From Candidatus Micrarchaeia archaeon (lineage in GTDB: Archaea > Micrarchaeota > Micrarchaeia > Burarchaeales > Fermentimicrarchaeaceae): DNA of 64,000 bases. Position 1 is the stretch's first letter. Each line of letters opens with the position of its first letter. The position numbers were made by a program, and so were the translations under genes. The stretch is from assembly GCA_038871515.1 (NCBI GenBank), contig JAVZHX010000002.1:132641-196640 (forward strand), given 5' to 3'. The notes beneath the pieces were generated by a model. It was not told the DNA's origin. It ran no database searches and saw only the letters and a list, made by a program, of their open reading frames with translations. This document shows positions 36,274-47,600 of the stretch, in pieces.

Positions 36274-39200
36274 TTAGTACCTAGCTCTACTAATACTACC
36301 ATAACTCATTTGCGTTGTTACAAGTTGATCGATTCTTTTAATGGCTTGATCAGCTGCTATTGAGAATCCTCTTTCTTCGCGGAAGCTTCTTGGGATTAAA
36401 CCATATCTAATACCCGCTGGGTTGTAAGCAAACTTTCTTATTGCAATCACATCCTTAGCTGGCTCGTAGAATGCAACTGTTGTTCCTAGTTCGGAACCCA
36501 GCATCTCCCTAACCTGCTTTGGGTATGGGATTGGGATAATTGAGCCGTACATCTGCATCATTTGGTACTGAATTACCTTTTGAACTTCTGGCGGCACTCT
36601 TGGGTTCTCAGCCATTGTTAACTTGAGCTCATCCCATCCTCCAGGCCACTCAGCGCTTATTGCAAGTCTTTTTCCCCAGTATGAGAGATATGTGGATGGG
36701 CCCTCAAAGATACTTTTGAAAGCGCGTATATGCCAAGGCAATCCCACATCGGGCAGTTCAAGTGCCTCCTGCCATGGTTCTATATCCCAGTATCTGTTAA
36801 GCCTCAAACCCTTCCATACATAGGCAGTTCCATAAACCTGGCTTTCCCAAACTGACTGCATAGTTCTTGCAGGTCCACCTGAACCTCTGCCTGTCAGATG
36901 GGAGCTCCACTCTATTATTTTATTCATTGTTCTACGAACCCCCTCCTCTCCTGTTGAGGTGGGGTACCCTGTCATTTCCCACTCGCCAACCTTTCTTGTA
37001 CCTGTCTTTGCCCCGTATATTCCGTAAGCACCAGCAGTTATCACAGCTGCCGCTCCCACTCCTATAAATGGCATTGCGAACGGCGCAGCAACTGTTGCTG
37101 CAAAGAGAAGTGTTTTTCCATGCTGAACCGCAAACTTCTCAATATTTTCAACTGCTTTTGAAGCGAAACCGGTTGCACGTTCGGATGAAACTCCGTGTAT
37201 GCCAAGCCTTATTCTCAAATCTTTATCAACGGATTCCTCTATAAACTTGTGGATGCGCTCCTCGCTTCCTGGGCCTGCCCATTGAGTCATCTTTCTATAA
37301 GGCGCATACATGTATGTCGCATCGTAAGTATCCTTGAAGCTCTTCCAATCCTTGCAAACCTCAATTAACTCTTTCTGTTTCTCCCTTCTCTCTTCAAGCT
37401 TCTCTTGCAGTTCGCTGTTTAGTTCAACTGCCTCAGCATCAATTTTACCTTTTTTCTCCTTCAGCTTCTTCTCAAGTTCGCTAATTTCAGATGAAATTCC
37501 TTTTATTTCATTTCGGAGCTTGACGGCTGTTGCTTCGTACTTTGCAAGTGCATTCTCAGATACACTTCTGTCGAGCTGGCCGGCCCACCATCTGGCTTCC
37601 TCCCAGAATCCTCTTCCCTTCCTTTTATCCTCAGGGTACTCCTCCCTTAATTTCTTGAGTATTTCTGCTGTCTGTGATTGCATAAGCCCTCCGCTTGCTG
37701 CCTCTCTCTGCAGTAGTTCTGCTGCCTGCATAACAAGCGCAAATCTCTCCAATTTATCCTCCATTCTCTTAAGTCTCTCATACCTCTTTTCTCTCTCGGG
37801 TTGTGTTAAAGGCAGTTCCCCAAACTCCAAAACGTTTGTCAGCTTATCCCTCTCTGCCTCCAGCTCCTTCTTGCGGTTCTCCAGCATCTCAATTCTCTCT
37901 CTCCACCCCGCTTTCCTGGCTGACTCCAACTCAGCTTCTACCGCCCTTATTCTTAAATTAACTTCTTGCAGCTCATATTTTGCAGTTTCAGGCAGAGTTT
38001 TGCGAGCTTCTTCAATCTCGCGATACAACTTCACGTATTTATCCATAGTAGTCGGGTCTAAGAACTGCCCATAGGTGAGATTCGTTAGGTATAACATGCT
38101 GCTTAAAGTTCTCTCCTTTTTCTTCAAGTGAGCGTCCAGCTCCTTTGTAACTTTTTCGTATTCCTCTATATTCTTAGCTCCAAACTCCTTCAGTTTGGAT
38201 CTATCTATAACTCCAATTCCTGCTTTTTCTTTAAGTTCTTCCTTATCCTTCTCAAGCTTTGTGATTATCGCCTGCACCTCTATTAAATCTCGGTGCATCC
38301 CTGTTTCACTTCCCCCAAGGCTTGTCCCAGCTTCTTCCATTCTCCTGCGAGTCCACTCGGCAAGATTGATTGTTTCAAGTTTGTCCCATTTGTTCTTAAG
38401 TTTGCTGTATGTCGCCCTCAGAGCTTTTTCATACTGGGATTTAACTCGCTCCCTCTCTTCCCCCTCAAGCTTATCTGTATTATTATACTTTTTCACCTCG
38501 CTTGCTTTTTCCACCCCAAGCGTTTTTATCAAACCCAAAACATATGGGTTTGGTTTTTCAAGCGCATCAGCTCTCAATATGCTCATCTCAGAGAGAACAG
38601 CCTCCCTATCGCGCAGTATTTTCTGCCCACCGACTCGTATGATAGTTCTCTCAGCAGTTTCGTCCACTGCTCGTTGTAAGTCAAAGCGGCGCCTATCAAT
38701 TGCTCTGCGAAGATCGTTTATATCATTCTCCTTTTTCAGTATTGATAGTTCAAGCTTATGCAATCTGTCCTCAAGTTTTTTATAATCATTAGTGTTCTTC
38801 TTCCCTGCTTTTTCAAGTTTCATCATTCTATCCTCAATTTTCTTTTTATTTTCCTCATCCTTCCTCAATTTCTCCTCAATTGTATTTATTCCACGCTCTA
38901 GATTTCTTTTTACTTCATCCCTATCTCTGTCGAATGCTTCCAAACGTCTCTGGGCAAGCAAAGCTTGATTCAGCATAAGATGTGTTGTTATCAGTTCAAC
39001 ATTTCTCTCCGCCTTAGCCAACTCCTTTTTGGCATCTCTTATCTGCAGGTTTGTTCTAGCAAGCTCTTCCATCTTCGCCTGTAACTCCTTTTCCTTTGCC
39101 TTATACTCTTTTGTGTTTGGATTTAATTTTTCAAGCTGTGATTTGAGATTTTCGCATTCCTCCTTCAACTCAGCTCTTTTTGCGTAGAGAGGTTTCTTCT

Positions 39201-41637
39201 CAAATATTCCCTTAAGTTTCTTCTGCTTTTCTTCAACTTCCATTTGCTGCTTTCCAAGCAATCTCATAAAGTGTTGTTTCTTCATCTCCTCTTCCGAAAG
39301 TTTGGATATTGTAGGGCCAATAATATTCTCAAACTCTGATGCAATCTGCCTTAAATTCTGGGTTTTCTGAAAACCGCTTGCCGCAAATGCAACCCCCCTT
39401 ATTGCAAGCGCTTCCGGCGTATAGTGCCCTTTTGCTGCCTCTGCTCTTTGACCCCACATATCAAACAAGCGCTCCACGCCAAGCCATGTTGCTCGGTCAT
39501 GTTCCGGAGTTAAATAGGGTTTTACAGTATGGCGATAGTACGAATCCTCTAGCTTTCTGTAACCGGACATAACTTTAAGCGCTTTCTCAAGTGGTTTTAC
39601 TCGGGCTTGGTGCTCCTTCCAAGTGATGTTATGTTTGTTGTAATATAGGTCATCCAGATTGCTTATTTTTTCTTTTATAGCTGATATTGCCTCCCTTGTC
39701 ATATTCACTTTGTCACTCCTATACTGCCCCATCAAAGATGCTCCAATTATGCTTGGTGCAATTTTTGACAACTCACTCATTTTCTTATCAAGTTCCTTTG
39801 TTTTTTTCTTGTACTCCTCAACTGAAATTTGCCCAGCGACTAACTTCGTGTTCAGATCTTTCAGCTGAGTGCGTACTTCATTTAATTTATCCCTAGCATC
39901 TGGAGGAAGCAGGATGTTGTTAACTTCCCCAATTTTCTTTTGGAATTGATTTATTTTATCAGTCAGCTCATCGCTTCGGCCTTTCTTACTGAGCTTTTCG
40001 ATATCTTTCGCCAGCCCCTTTATCTCCTTTTTTAATATGTTGAGTTCTCTCTTCTGCGTTTTGGTAAGTCCTCTCTTCGATTTTGTATCTCTCAAAACTC
40101 TATCGATAATCCCTCCCCTCATATCTTCCATCAGTCTTTTCTGATGCTCAACAGTGTCTCTCAGCAACCCTGCAACTTGTGCAGGAGTGAGGGTTGGGTC
40201 CTTGAGCATTGCAAGGTTTTTCTCAATATGCTCTCTTCTTCTTTCTGCAATAGTAACTCTTGCAATGATATTTGGCTTGAATCTCGCTCTTTCATAGCGC
40301 ACCCTTGCAACTCTGTATGGAACATTCTGCAGTAAAGATGAAACAAACCCAGTTGTGCTTGAGATGAACCAACCCTTTAGGGTTGCTTTCAGAACTTCCT
40401 TTCTGCTCAACTGCTCAGGGTTGAAGACTCTTACGAGCATTCCCCTCTGGCTGAGCCGATCATATCTTTCTTTTAACCCTTTCAGTTTTTTTTCATCCTC
40501 CTTGCTGAATTGTGATGGGTTCTTATTCTTTTTCTCTTCAAGTTTTCGGATTTCTCTTCTAAGTTTCCATCTTTGAGATGGTTTTACTATAATTGTTGAT
40601 ATTGGGTATTTCACTCCTAGGTAGGCAAAGCTCGCGGCAGCAGCAGGTGCATATGCCATCATCTTAATTCTTCCAATCACCCCCCCAACATCCGCAAGCT
40701 GTTTTCTGTATTCATCCATCTGCTTGATTAAACCATCATAAACTGCAACTTTCTTTTCGGCTTCTCTTATTTTCTTATTCAGAGTTGCAACATCCTTCCC
40801 CAACTTAGTTCTGTAAAGTCTTTTTTCAAGGTTTCCAATTTCCTTGCTGAGAGCAGCAAGACGCGCCATATCCTTGTCACTAAGTTTCTCTCCTCTCAGC
40901 TGCTTTAACTTTAGATTAGCATGCTCTCTCTTCTTCTCTCTTATGGCTTCCCTTAGACTGACAAAATTTTTCAGGTTTTTCAGCTCTCTTTTTTCTTGGG
41001 CAGTTAATCCTTTATCCTTTTTCTTCTCCTCAAGCTCTGTTATTCTATTCCTTGCCCCTTGTAGGTTCATTACACTAGCAAGACTGGTTGCCAACATACT
41101 ACGTAAGCTCTTCACTTCGCTTTCTTTCCTAGTCTTCTCTCTTTCAATTCTGCCTTCATAACCGCCACCCCTTTTTCCCTTTGATAACGCGTATAAAGCA
41201 CCCCTATCTGCCATTGTTTTTAGTGTTTTCACACCTTCCTTTGCTACCTTTGAACCGTACTTCCCACCACTCGCCTTTGAAACAACTGTTGCAGCACCCT
41301 TTGCCATCTTGTTAGCAACCCATCCAAAACCTCTTGTTAGGTAATTTCCTCCTCCGAGCTGATCCCTCTTCTTCGCAACAGTGTCAAATCCACCAGAGGT
41401 GAACGATTTAAAGTGGTAGGAAGTCGACTTTATTTCAGCAGGTGGTTTTGAGATGGATATGTCAAACCCAACAAGGGGGCTTCTTCCCTGAGCAATCATA
41501 CCCGCCATAAGCAGAGCAAGAAGGAGGAAGAAGGGGAAGCAGATTGATATGTCGCCCATGCTCGCGTATGAAGCATTTGCAAGCATTATGAGCAATAACA
41601 AAACGAATGGAACTCGGAGTAGTGGTTGGTTAACCAT
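36274..41637 (-). CDS. 1787-aa membrane-anchored coiled-coil protein
   Basis: Two N-terminal hydrophobic helices, long K/E/R coiled coils, late Gly/Ala-rich hydrophobic hairpin. Confidence 0.8.
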   Translation of the reverse strand: MVNQPLLRVPFVLLLLIMLANASYASMGDISICFPFFLLLALLMAGMIAQGRSPLVGFDISISKPPAEIKSTSYHFKSFTSGGFDTVAKKRDQLGGGNYLTRGFGWVANKMAKGAATVVSKASGGKYGSKVAKEGVKTLKTMADRGALYALSKGKRGGGYEGRIEREKTRKESEVKSLRSMLATSLASVMNLQGARNRITELEEKKKDKGLTAQEKRELKNLKNFVSLREAIREKKREHANLKLKQLRGEKLSDKDMARLAALSKEIGNLEKRLYRTKLGKDVATLNKKIREAEKKVAVYDGLIKQMDEYRKQLADVGGVIGRIKMMAYAPAAAASFAYLGVKYPISTIIVKPSQRWKLRREIRKLEEKKNKNPSQFSKEDEKKLKGLKERYDRLSQRGMLVRVFNPEQLSRKEVLKATLKGWFISSTTGFVSSLLQNVPYRVARVRYERARFKPNIIARVTIAERRREHIEKNLAMLKDPTLTPAQVAGLLRDTVEHQKRLMEDMRGGIIDRVLRDTKSKRGLTKTQKRELNILKKEIKGLAKDIEKLSKKGRSDELTDKINQFQKKIGEVNNILLPPDARDKLNEVRTQLKDLNTKLVAGQISVEEYKKKTKELDKKMSELSKIAPSIIGASLMGQYRSDKVNMTREAISAIKEKISNLDDLYYNKHNITWKEHQARVKPLEKALKVMSGYRKLEDSYYRHTVKPYLTPEHDRATWLGVERLFDMWGQRAEAAKGHYTPEALAIRGVAFAASGFQKTQNLRQIASEFENIIGPTISKLSEEEMKKQHFMRLLGKQQMEVEEKQKKLKGIFEKKPLYAKRAELKEECENLKSQLEKLNPNTKEYKAKEKELQAKMEELARTNLQIRDAKKELAKAERNVELITTHLMLNQALLAQRRLEAFDRDRDEVKRNLERGINTIEEKLRKDEENKKKIEDRMMKLEKAGKKNTNDYKKLEDRLHKLELSILKKENDINDLRRAIDRRRFDLQRAVDETAERTIIRVGGQKILRDREAVLSEMSILRADALEKPNPYVLGLIKTLGVEKASEVKKYNNTDKLEGEERERVKSQYEKALRATYSKLKNKWDKLETINLAEWTRRRMEEAGTSLGGSETGMHRDLIEVQAIITKLEKDKEELKEKAGIGVIDRSKLKEFGAKNIEEYEKVTKELDAHLKKKERTLSSMLYLTNLTYGQFLDPTTMDKYVKLYREIEEARKTLPETAKYELQEVNLRIRAVEAELESARKAGWRERIEMLENRKKELEAERDKLTNVLEFGELPLTQPEREKRYERLKRMEDKLERFALVMQAAELLQREAASGGLMQSQTAEILKKLREEYPEDKRKGRGFWEEARWWAGQLDRSVSENALAKYEATAVKLRNEIKGISSEISELEKKLKEKKGKIDAEAVELNSELQEKLEERREKQKELIEVCKDWKSFKDTYDATYMYAPYRKMTQWAGPGSEERIHKFIEESVDKDLRIRLGIHGVSSERATGFASKAVENIEKFAVQHGKTLLFAATVAAPFAMPFIGVGAAAVITAGAYGIYGAKTGTRKVGEWEMTGYPTSTGEEGVRRTMNKIIEWSSHLTGRGSGGPARTMQSVWESQVYGTAYVWKGLRLNRYWDIEPWQEALELPDVGLPWHIRAFKSIFEGPSTYLSYWGKRLAISAEWPGGWDELKLTMAENPRVPPEVQKVIQYQMMQMYGSIIPIPYPKQVREMLGSELGTTVAFYEPAKDVIAIRKFAYNPAGIRYGLIPRSFREERGFSIAADQAIKRIDQLVTTQMSYGSISRARY

Positions 41638-41658
41638 CGTTATATACTATCTCTTTTT

Positions 41659-44600
41659 TTACTTATTAAACTTTCGTTTTTTCATCAAAAGCAGCAAAGC
41701 AACAATCAGTATAAGCGGTTCAAGCACAGGGAAGCTGCCGATTGCAACAGATACGCCACCTGCGTAGAATGGTTTGATTTCTATGGAGGGAGCATAAATA
41801 TCTGTTCCCCAGAAAACTCCAAATAGTAACCTTCTTCCAAACCCATAGATTTTGAAGGTTGTGTTCACGTGCCCTGTTGCATTTGTTATGAAGTACGGGT
41901 TGCCGGTTTCCAAGTGAGAGAGTATTCCGTACTGATGACAGACTGGGTTAGGCAGACAGTCACCAGTGCCTCCAGGTTCATCTATCCAGTCTGGGCAGGA
42001 GCAGTTGCTCTCCTCAGGTGCAATTGGGCAGACGCCTGAAACAGCTGGGTTGCAGTTAACTGGGTCAAGCTGGCTTCCATCCCCGTACAGAGTTCTGCTT
42101 GAGTTCTGAACGTACAGCTCCATTACTTGACCTGGAAGGGGTGTATTGGGCTTCTCCTCAGGCTTATCCCATCTCTGGTATAACAGCTGCGCAGTCACAT
42201 ACACAATTGTCCTGTTTATGTTTTGTGGGTCTCTGACTGTTTGGACTTGCATTATTATGGCAGTTGGCTGTCTCAACCAGATTGTGTATGGAACAATGAA
42301 TGTATTGTTGAACCTATCAAAGAATCTGTAATGGAAGTTGTGCAAGCCCAATGAGTCATTATCCGGTATATTCAATACAACTGAATCCTGCTGTGAGTAG
42401 ATGAAGGTGCCTGATTTGTTCTGGTAGAAACCAAGCACAAAGTCGTTTGGAACAACGTTAATAACACCTATCTGCTCCGGAGTAACCGCAGTTGATAACC
42501 CATCCAGATAAAGAGGAGCAGTTGTTACATTGAAATGCTCGCCTTCGTTCCCTTCAATTTCTATAGAGAGCACATGTGTAAATGTTTCGTTTGTCTCAAA
42601 TGAAACAAGGGAAACGCCTGTGGAGGTGGTGACATTGAACGAGTTGCTGAAGCCAACTGTCACGTCGTTTTCTGCTTTCAGCATCTCATTGGTAATCCCC
42701 TCACCAAGCATCACATAACCGCTCCAAACTCCATTGTAGAATGGGCCAATCTGCCTTGGGCAGATGTTGTTTCGTGTGTAGGCACCGCCAGTATCAGATA
42801 GAGTTGCATTGCCGTTGAATTGGCAGATATTGCCAGGTGGGTAAATTCCAAGCGCATCAACACTACATCCATAATGATACTGCTCGTTCCACGGCGGTTT
42901 AGTTTCGTCTGTTATATCTTTAAACCAGAAGCATACCGCATCAACTGTCCCGTTTGATAAACTTATCTCGTGCAGGGGGCCCGAACCGGGAGCTGTTCGG
43001 GCGTAGAATACGTAGCTTGAATTATCCTTATATGGGGGCAGTATCTTCTCCCAGCAGTCAGTAGCATTTGATACATAAAGCTCTATTTCGGTGTAATCCT
43101 TTGAACATGTTATGTTAAACCTGAATTCCTTAACTGATAGTGATCGGCCGAACGTTCCAAAGATGCCGGGGACGAAACCGCCATAGGAGCTTGACTCCCA
43201 GAAACATGCTGTTTTTCCATCTGGCGTACCAAGCATATTTGTGGGTGGAGCATCACTTCTGGAGGGGTTTAGACAACCGCTTGACTCAGCGTTGATAACT
43301 GGGTAGGTTGTCCCCAAAGGAACAGTGCGGATTCTTACTTGGAAAGGAACTCCTGCGGTTTGGGGACTTGTAATTGGGTCAAACTGAAAACCACATCCTA
43401 GTAGAACTGAATCTGGTTGCACTACTGCTGGGCTTGGAAGGGCACATGTGAGTGCAGGTGTGCCAACTGAACTCTCTTCAACAATTACGTTGTTGTTGCG
43501 CGTTCCCTTTATTGTATACCCAATTGTCCTGTCAACTGATATCATATTGGAGTTTATTCTCAACCTTCTTGGGTTTGGGAGTATTGTTGCAATTGAGGAG
43601 TACGCAGTGTAATTTGAACTTGGCAAGGATATTCTTGCCAGCTCATTTTTTGTAGTTGCAGTTCTGAATATCAGGGTTTCACCTTTAATTCCATCCTTCA
43701 CCTCAATTATATAGACTGCGCTGTATGGGCCACCTAAACCAAGATAGTCCATTGAGCTGTAACTGCTAAGTTCAACCGAGCCATTTATCAAATTGTAATT
43801 GCCGCTTGTGTCTGTCCCAACAATCGTTATCCTTGTTTTGTTATTTGAATCATGGTCCCTTGTTGATGCAACTTCAATTGATTCATTGAAGAGAGAGACA
43901 TCGATTCTTGGGCATACAAAGGAAGGCGCGCATGGCGGACCACTTGGGTGCATCCCAACACCACATTTTAAATAATCAGATTGGCAGAAACCACCGATGC
44001 ATTTTCCCTCAGAACAGTTGATGTCCGCGGTGCATGGAATACAACTTCCAACTGTGAAATTATCAACGCGCAGTATCACGTCAGGGTCGGTATAAACCTC
44101 AAACTGATCACCAAGATAGCCCTTCCCGCTGACAGAGCTTATGAACATGAAGTTTCTGTTCCTTGGGTCGTCTGGAACAACCTGCACCATTCCTCGTGGA
44201 GGCATATATGTGAATGATGGAACCGCTGTGTAGGTATTTACATCGTAGTAGGCATACTGCCCTTTCCATAGGAAAAGCTCGCCTATTATGCTTGAACCGA
44301 ATGGGTCTTTGGAGAATTGGATAAGACAGCCATTTTCACATCCACCCCAAACTTCCACAAGTAGAACATCTGTTTCGCTAGCAGCGTGAGGGGCAGCGGA
44401 TACCCAACCGTCGGAGGTTTGGTATGAAATTATACTCCAATCCATCGGAGGCCAGGAGAAAATACGGAATGTGCCGTTGCCATCAGAGCGGAGATAAAGG
44501 CTGGTGGAGGTTATACCTCTGAATGGAAGTGGGTTAGGCAGATCTTTACCCATGAAATCTGCAGCTCCAGATATTTTGCTTTCATTATCATTTTCAGGTG

Positions 44601-47600
44601 GGATGTCAATTCTTCTGCTTGCGTTGAATCCATGAATTGCGAGCAGGGTTGGGCCGCTTATCTTAACTGGTTTGATAAGGAGGGATGAGGGGAACGGAGC
44701 GTAAGGTTCACCAAGGAGCGGGTACCTAGTGGGTGAGTCTATATATTCATCATACCCGGTTTGCGATACAACTGTATTTGGCGGTATAGACTTTTTGAAC
44801 CAAGCGCGCGTGTTGTGGCACATACTGCTATTCCTTCCAAAAATATCCTCAAAGCATATTCCATTATCAGTTGAGAGGTTTGCGGGCATTATGAAGAGGG
44901 ATGCTTCCTCAGGTGCTCCTGTTATGGATATTGCGTGGATTATGTAGCAGTAACCAAATGGAGTGTAGCTTGAATTTGTTACTGTTATTGAGTAAGTTAC
45001 ATTAACCCTTGCGCTTGTCTCGCACAGTATTGAAACAAGCAAGGAGGAGACGTTTGTTATTGCTTGGTAGTAATAATCTGAAGCACCATCAGGTGGTGGA
45101 TCCTGTGGAGCGAATGGCAGTGGGTTTGGCTCCTTGTGCACTGGACTGAACACATATGCAAAAGGATAGCTCCAGTTCATTGTGTTATTGAATGGAATTG
45201 TTTTGTTTTTTACCACACCACCTTCAACTACAGTTAAAACGTACGGGTTTTTGTTAGGATCGTTTCCAAACATGTTCGTAGTTGGATACTCAAAAATATA
45301 GAGTGGATTTTGGTGCCCGTACTGATCAACAGTTGGTGTTGTTGAGATGTATTGATAACCGTAATACTGATTCTGCATTATGTTGAATGTTTTTCTGTAG
45401 CTTGCGTTAAGTATCCACTGGTGGTCATCTGGCGGAGCCATGTAGTTGCTTACTCTGTCCATCATAACGAAATGCTTGTAGAAGAATCTGTTTGTAAGGT
45501 AGTTGTAAGCAAGATAAGGAAGGGTGCTTGGTGTTTTCTTTGGTGGGGTTAGGTAGGCTGGCCTTGTGAGAGAGAAGTGGGAGCCGCCTCCCTCAACAAG
45601 CCTCTCAAGGTGGTTGCTGTAGCTAGTTATATTGAGCTGTTTGTTTATCACGGAGGTGCCGGAGAGGGAGCCTCCGCTTGGGCAGCCGTTGGAGTATTTT
45701 CTTATTGTAAACGTGTAATCAAACCTCAGGAACGCAGTGATGTTTGTTGCAAGGAAGTTTCTTCTGTAAATAGGGCTGAGCGGGGCGGAGAGCTTAACCA
45801 CTGGACTTCCTGGAGCAATACTCCCAGAAGTGAGTAATCCCTCTATGTTGGAGTATTCTGTTGTTTTTGTTTTCTCAACCTCTCCCTCGCATACGGAGGG
45901 CTCAACTGCTCCTTCCTGAGAGCAACCCTCGCATGAAACTCCTGCCATCATTGACTCCTTTATTAAATCCGGATACCCTATTACATCATCTGGGTGGTCA
46001 ACCGCTGGTGACTCCACCATTGAGCCAGAATAAACAAAGGAGTATGAGCCACCTGGGAAATTATAGCTTTGGTCTTGAATTCCTGGTTGGAATTTGTACT
46101 TGACTACCATGTTGCGTTCTCCTTTCAATGCAATGTATACGTTAAACTTGTTGTCAACATCTATTCCATGGGTTTCGGATGATTTACCTTGCACATACTG
46201 CAAGCCTGCTGAGAGTAGGCCCCATGGGTCGTACCATGCTTTCCAGAGAGTAACGTATTCTTTTGGCTCAATCACAACTTTCGCTCTGTACTGCTTCCCA
46301 GGAGTTTCAATTGTGTCAAATGCAAGAATTCTAGTCATCTCATATTCTTGCGTGTCGTACCAAAGGCATGCATTGCAGTTATTTGGATCGGGGCACCAGA
46401 GGCATCCCCCATCCTGAGTGCAGCCAGTGCCTGGGTTTCTGTAACAACCAATTTTAAATCCGAATATATCTAAACAGCCCGGCATACAGCAACCCAAACA
46501 CTCCATTGGGAAGCCACTACAGCCAAAGTAACCAGTTCTAACTGGAAATGCCATATAGTCGATCACAAACAAGTAACCCTTTCTGTATTTAATCCCCCTC
46601 AGATAGTGATACCCTCCTTCCTCACCCCAAAAGCTCTGAGTTTCATTTACATTATCAACATATGTTTTAGTTCCTGCTTCATTTGTGCATGGCGGATCTA
46701 AAATAACTCCTAGTGGGTTCAGCTCTTGTAATTCAATTCCACCATCACCCCCAAAGATGCTGATTTTAGAAACTTCCTGGGCTGGGTTGGATGCGTTGTA
46801 CTGATGTATAAACGGATAACCAACCCAGAAGCACCCCCACCACTCGCAGTGGCGTTTCTTATCCCTCACTACAAACAGACTTGCACCATCCTCGGTAACC
46901 GCTATATCTCGCGCTGTTCCCTCCCAGGCTTCTGTGCAGTTGTTGCTTGCATTCAGCTTGAACTCCTTATCGTATTTGTTTATGCAGATGTGGTTGAATA
47001 CTGTATCGGGGTAGGTGTTGCCAAGCACGTACAAATTGCCCCAGCTATCCGTGTCTAAACCATACGGGAAGAAGTACTGGCCATCCTCAGTAATTGTATC
47101 AATTTCAGTTACAAAGTGAATTGTTGGTGGGTAACTTCTAACTATTTTCACAACTTGCACTTTGGGTGAGTTAGTTAATGCAATGAATATATTGCCTCTG
47201 TTATCATACGCAATTGCCTGTGCATTCGAATCAATTAGGGGTGTGGCGCCAGGTATTGGCTTGCCGTTTATCAACCCATTATAATCCTCCAGCCATGAGG
47301 AGGGTACCCTTAAAGTGAACTTTCCAAGCCTCCCTCCATCTTTGTGGTCAACAACAAGCAGTGCTTCTGGGGAGCGCAACTCGTGTGGGTTGAGAATTGA
47401 ATCGTTTGTTATGTTGTATGGCTCAAGCGCAGTTAAAGGAAGAGTTACTGTTATGTTGAAGTAATCAGTATATACATTTCCTGGTGCGAACTGAACGTCA
47501 TATCTATCACTGCCAACGCACACGCTTGATGTTCCGCTGAATGGGTAGTAACCCCAACCCCAGAGGACTTCTGGATGCTTGAAAGTATCCTCCAAATCCT

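Noticed and set aside
37334..38785. Long Ser/Phe/Leu-rich plus-strand ORFs (and similar ones throughout the window)
   Set aside because: Antisense shadows of Lys/Glu-rich coding strands.
36274..41637. SMC/Rad50 or provirus tape-measure gene
   Set aside because: No Walker A/B or signature motifs, and no capsid, terminase, portal or integrase genes seen.
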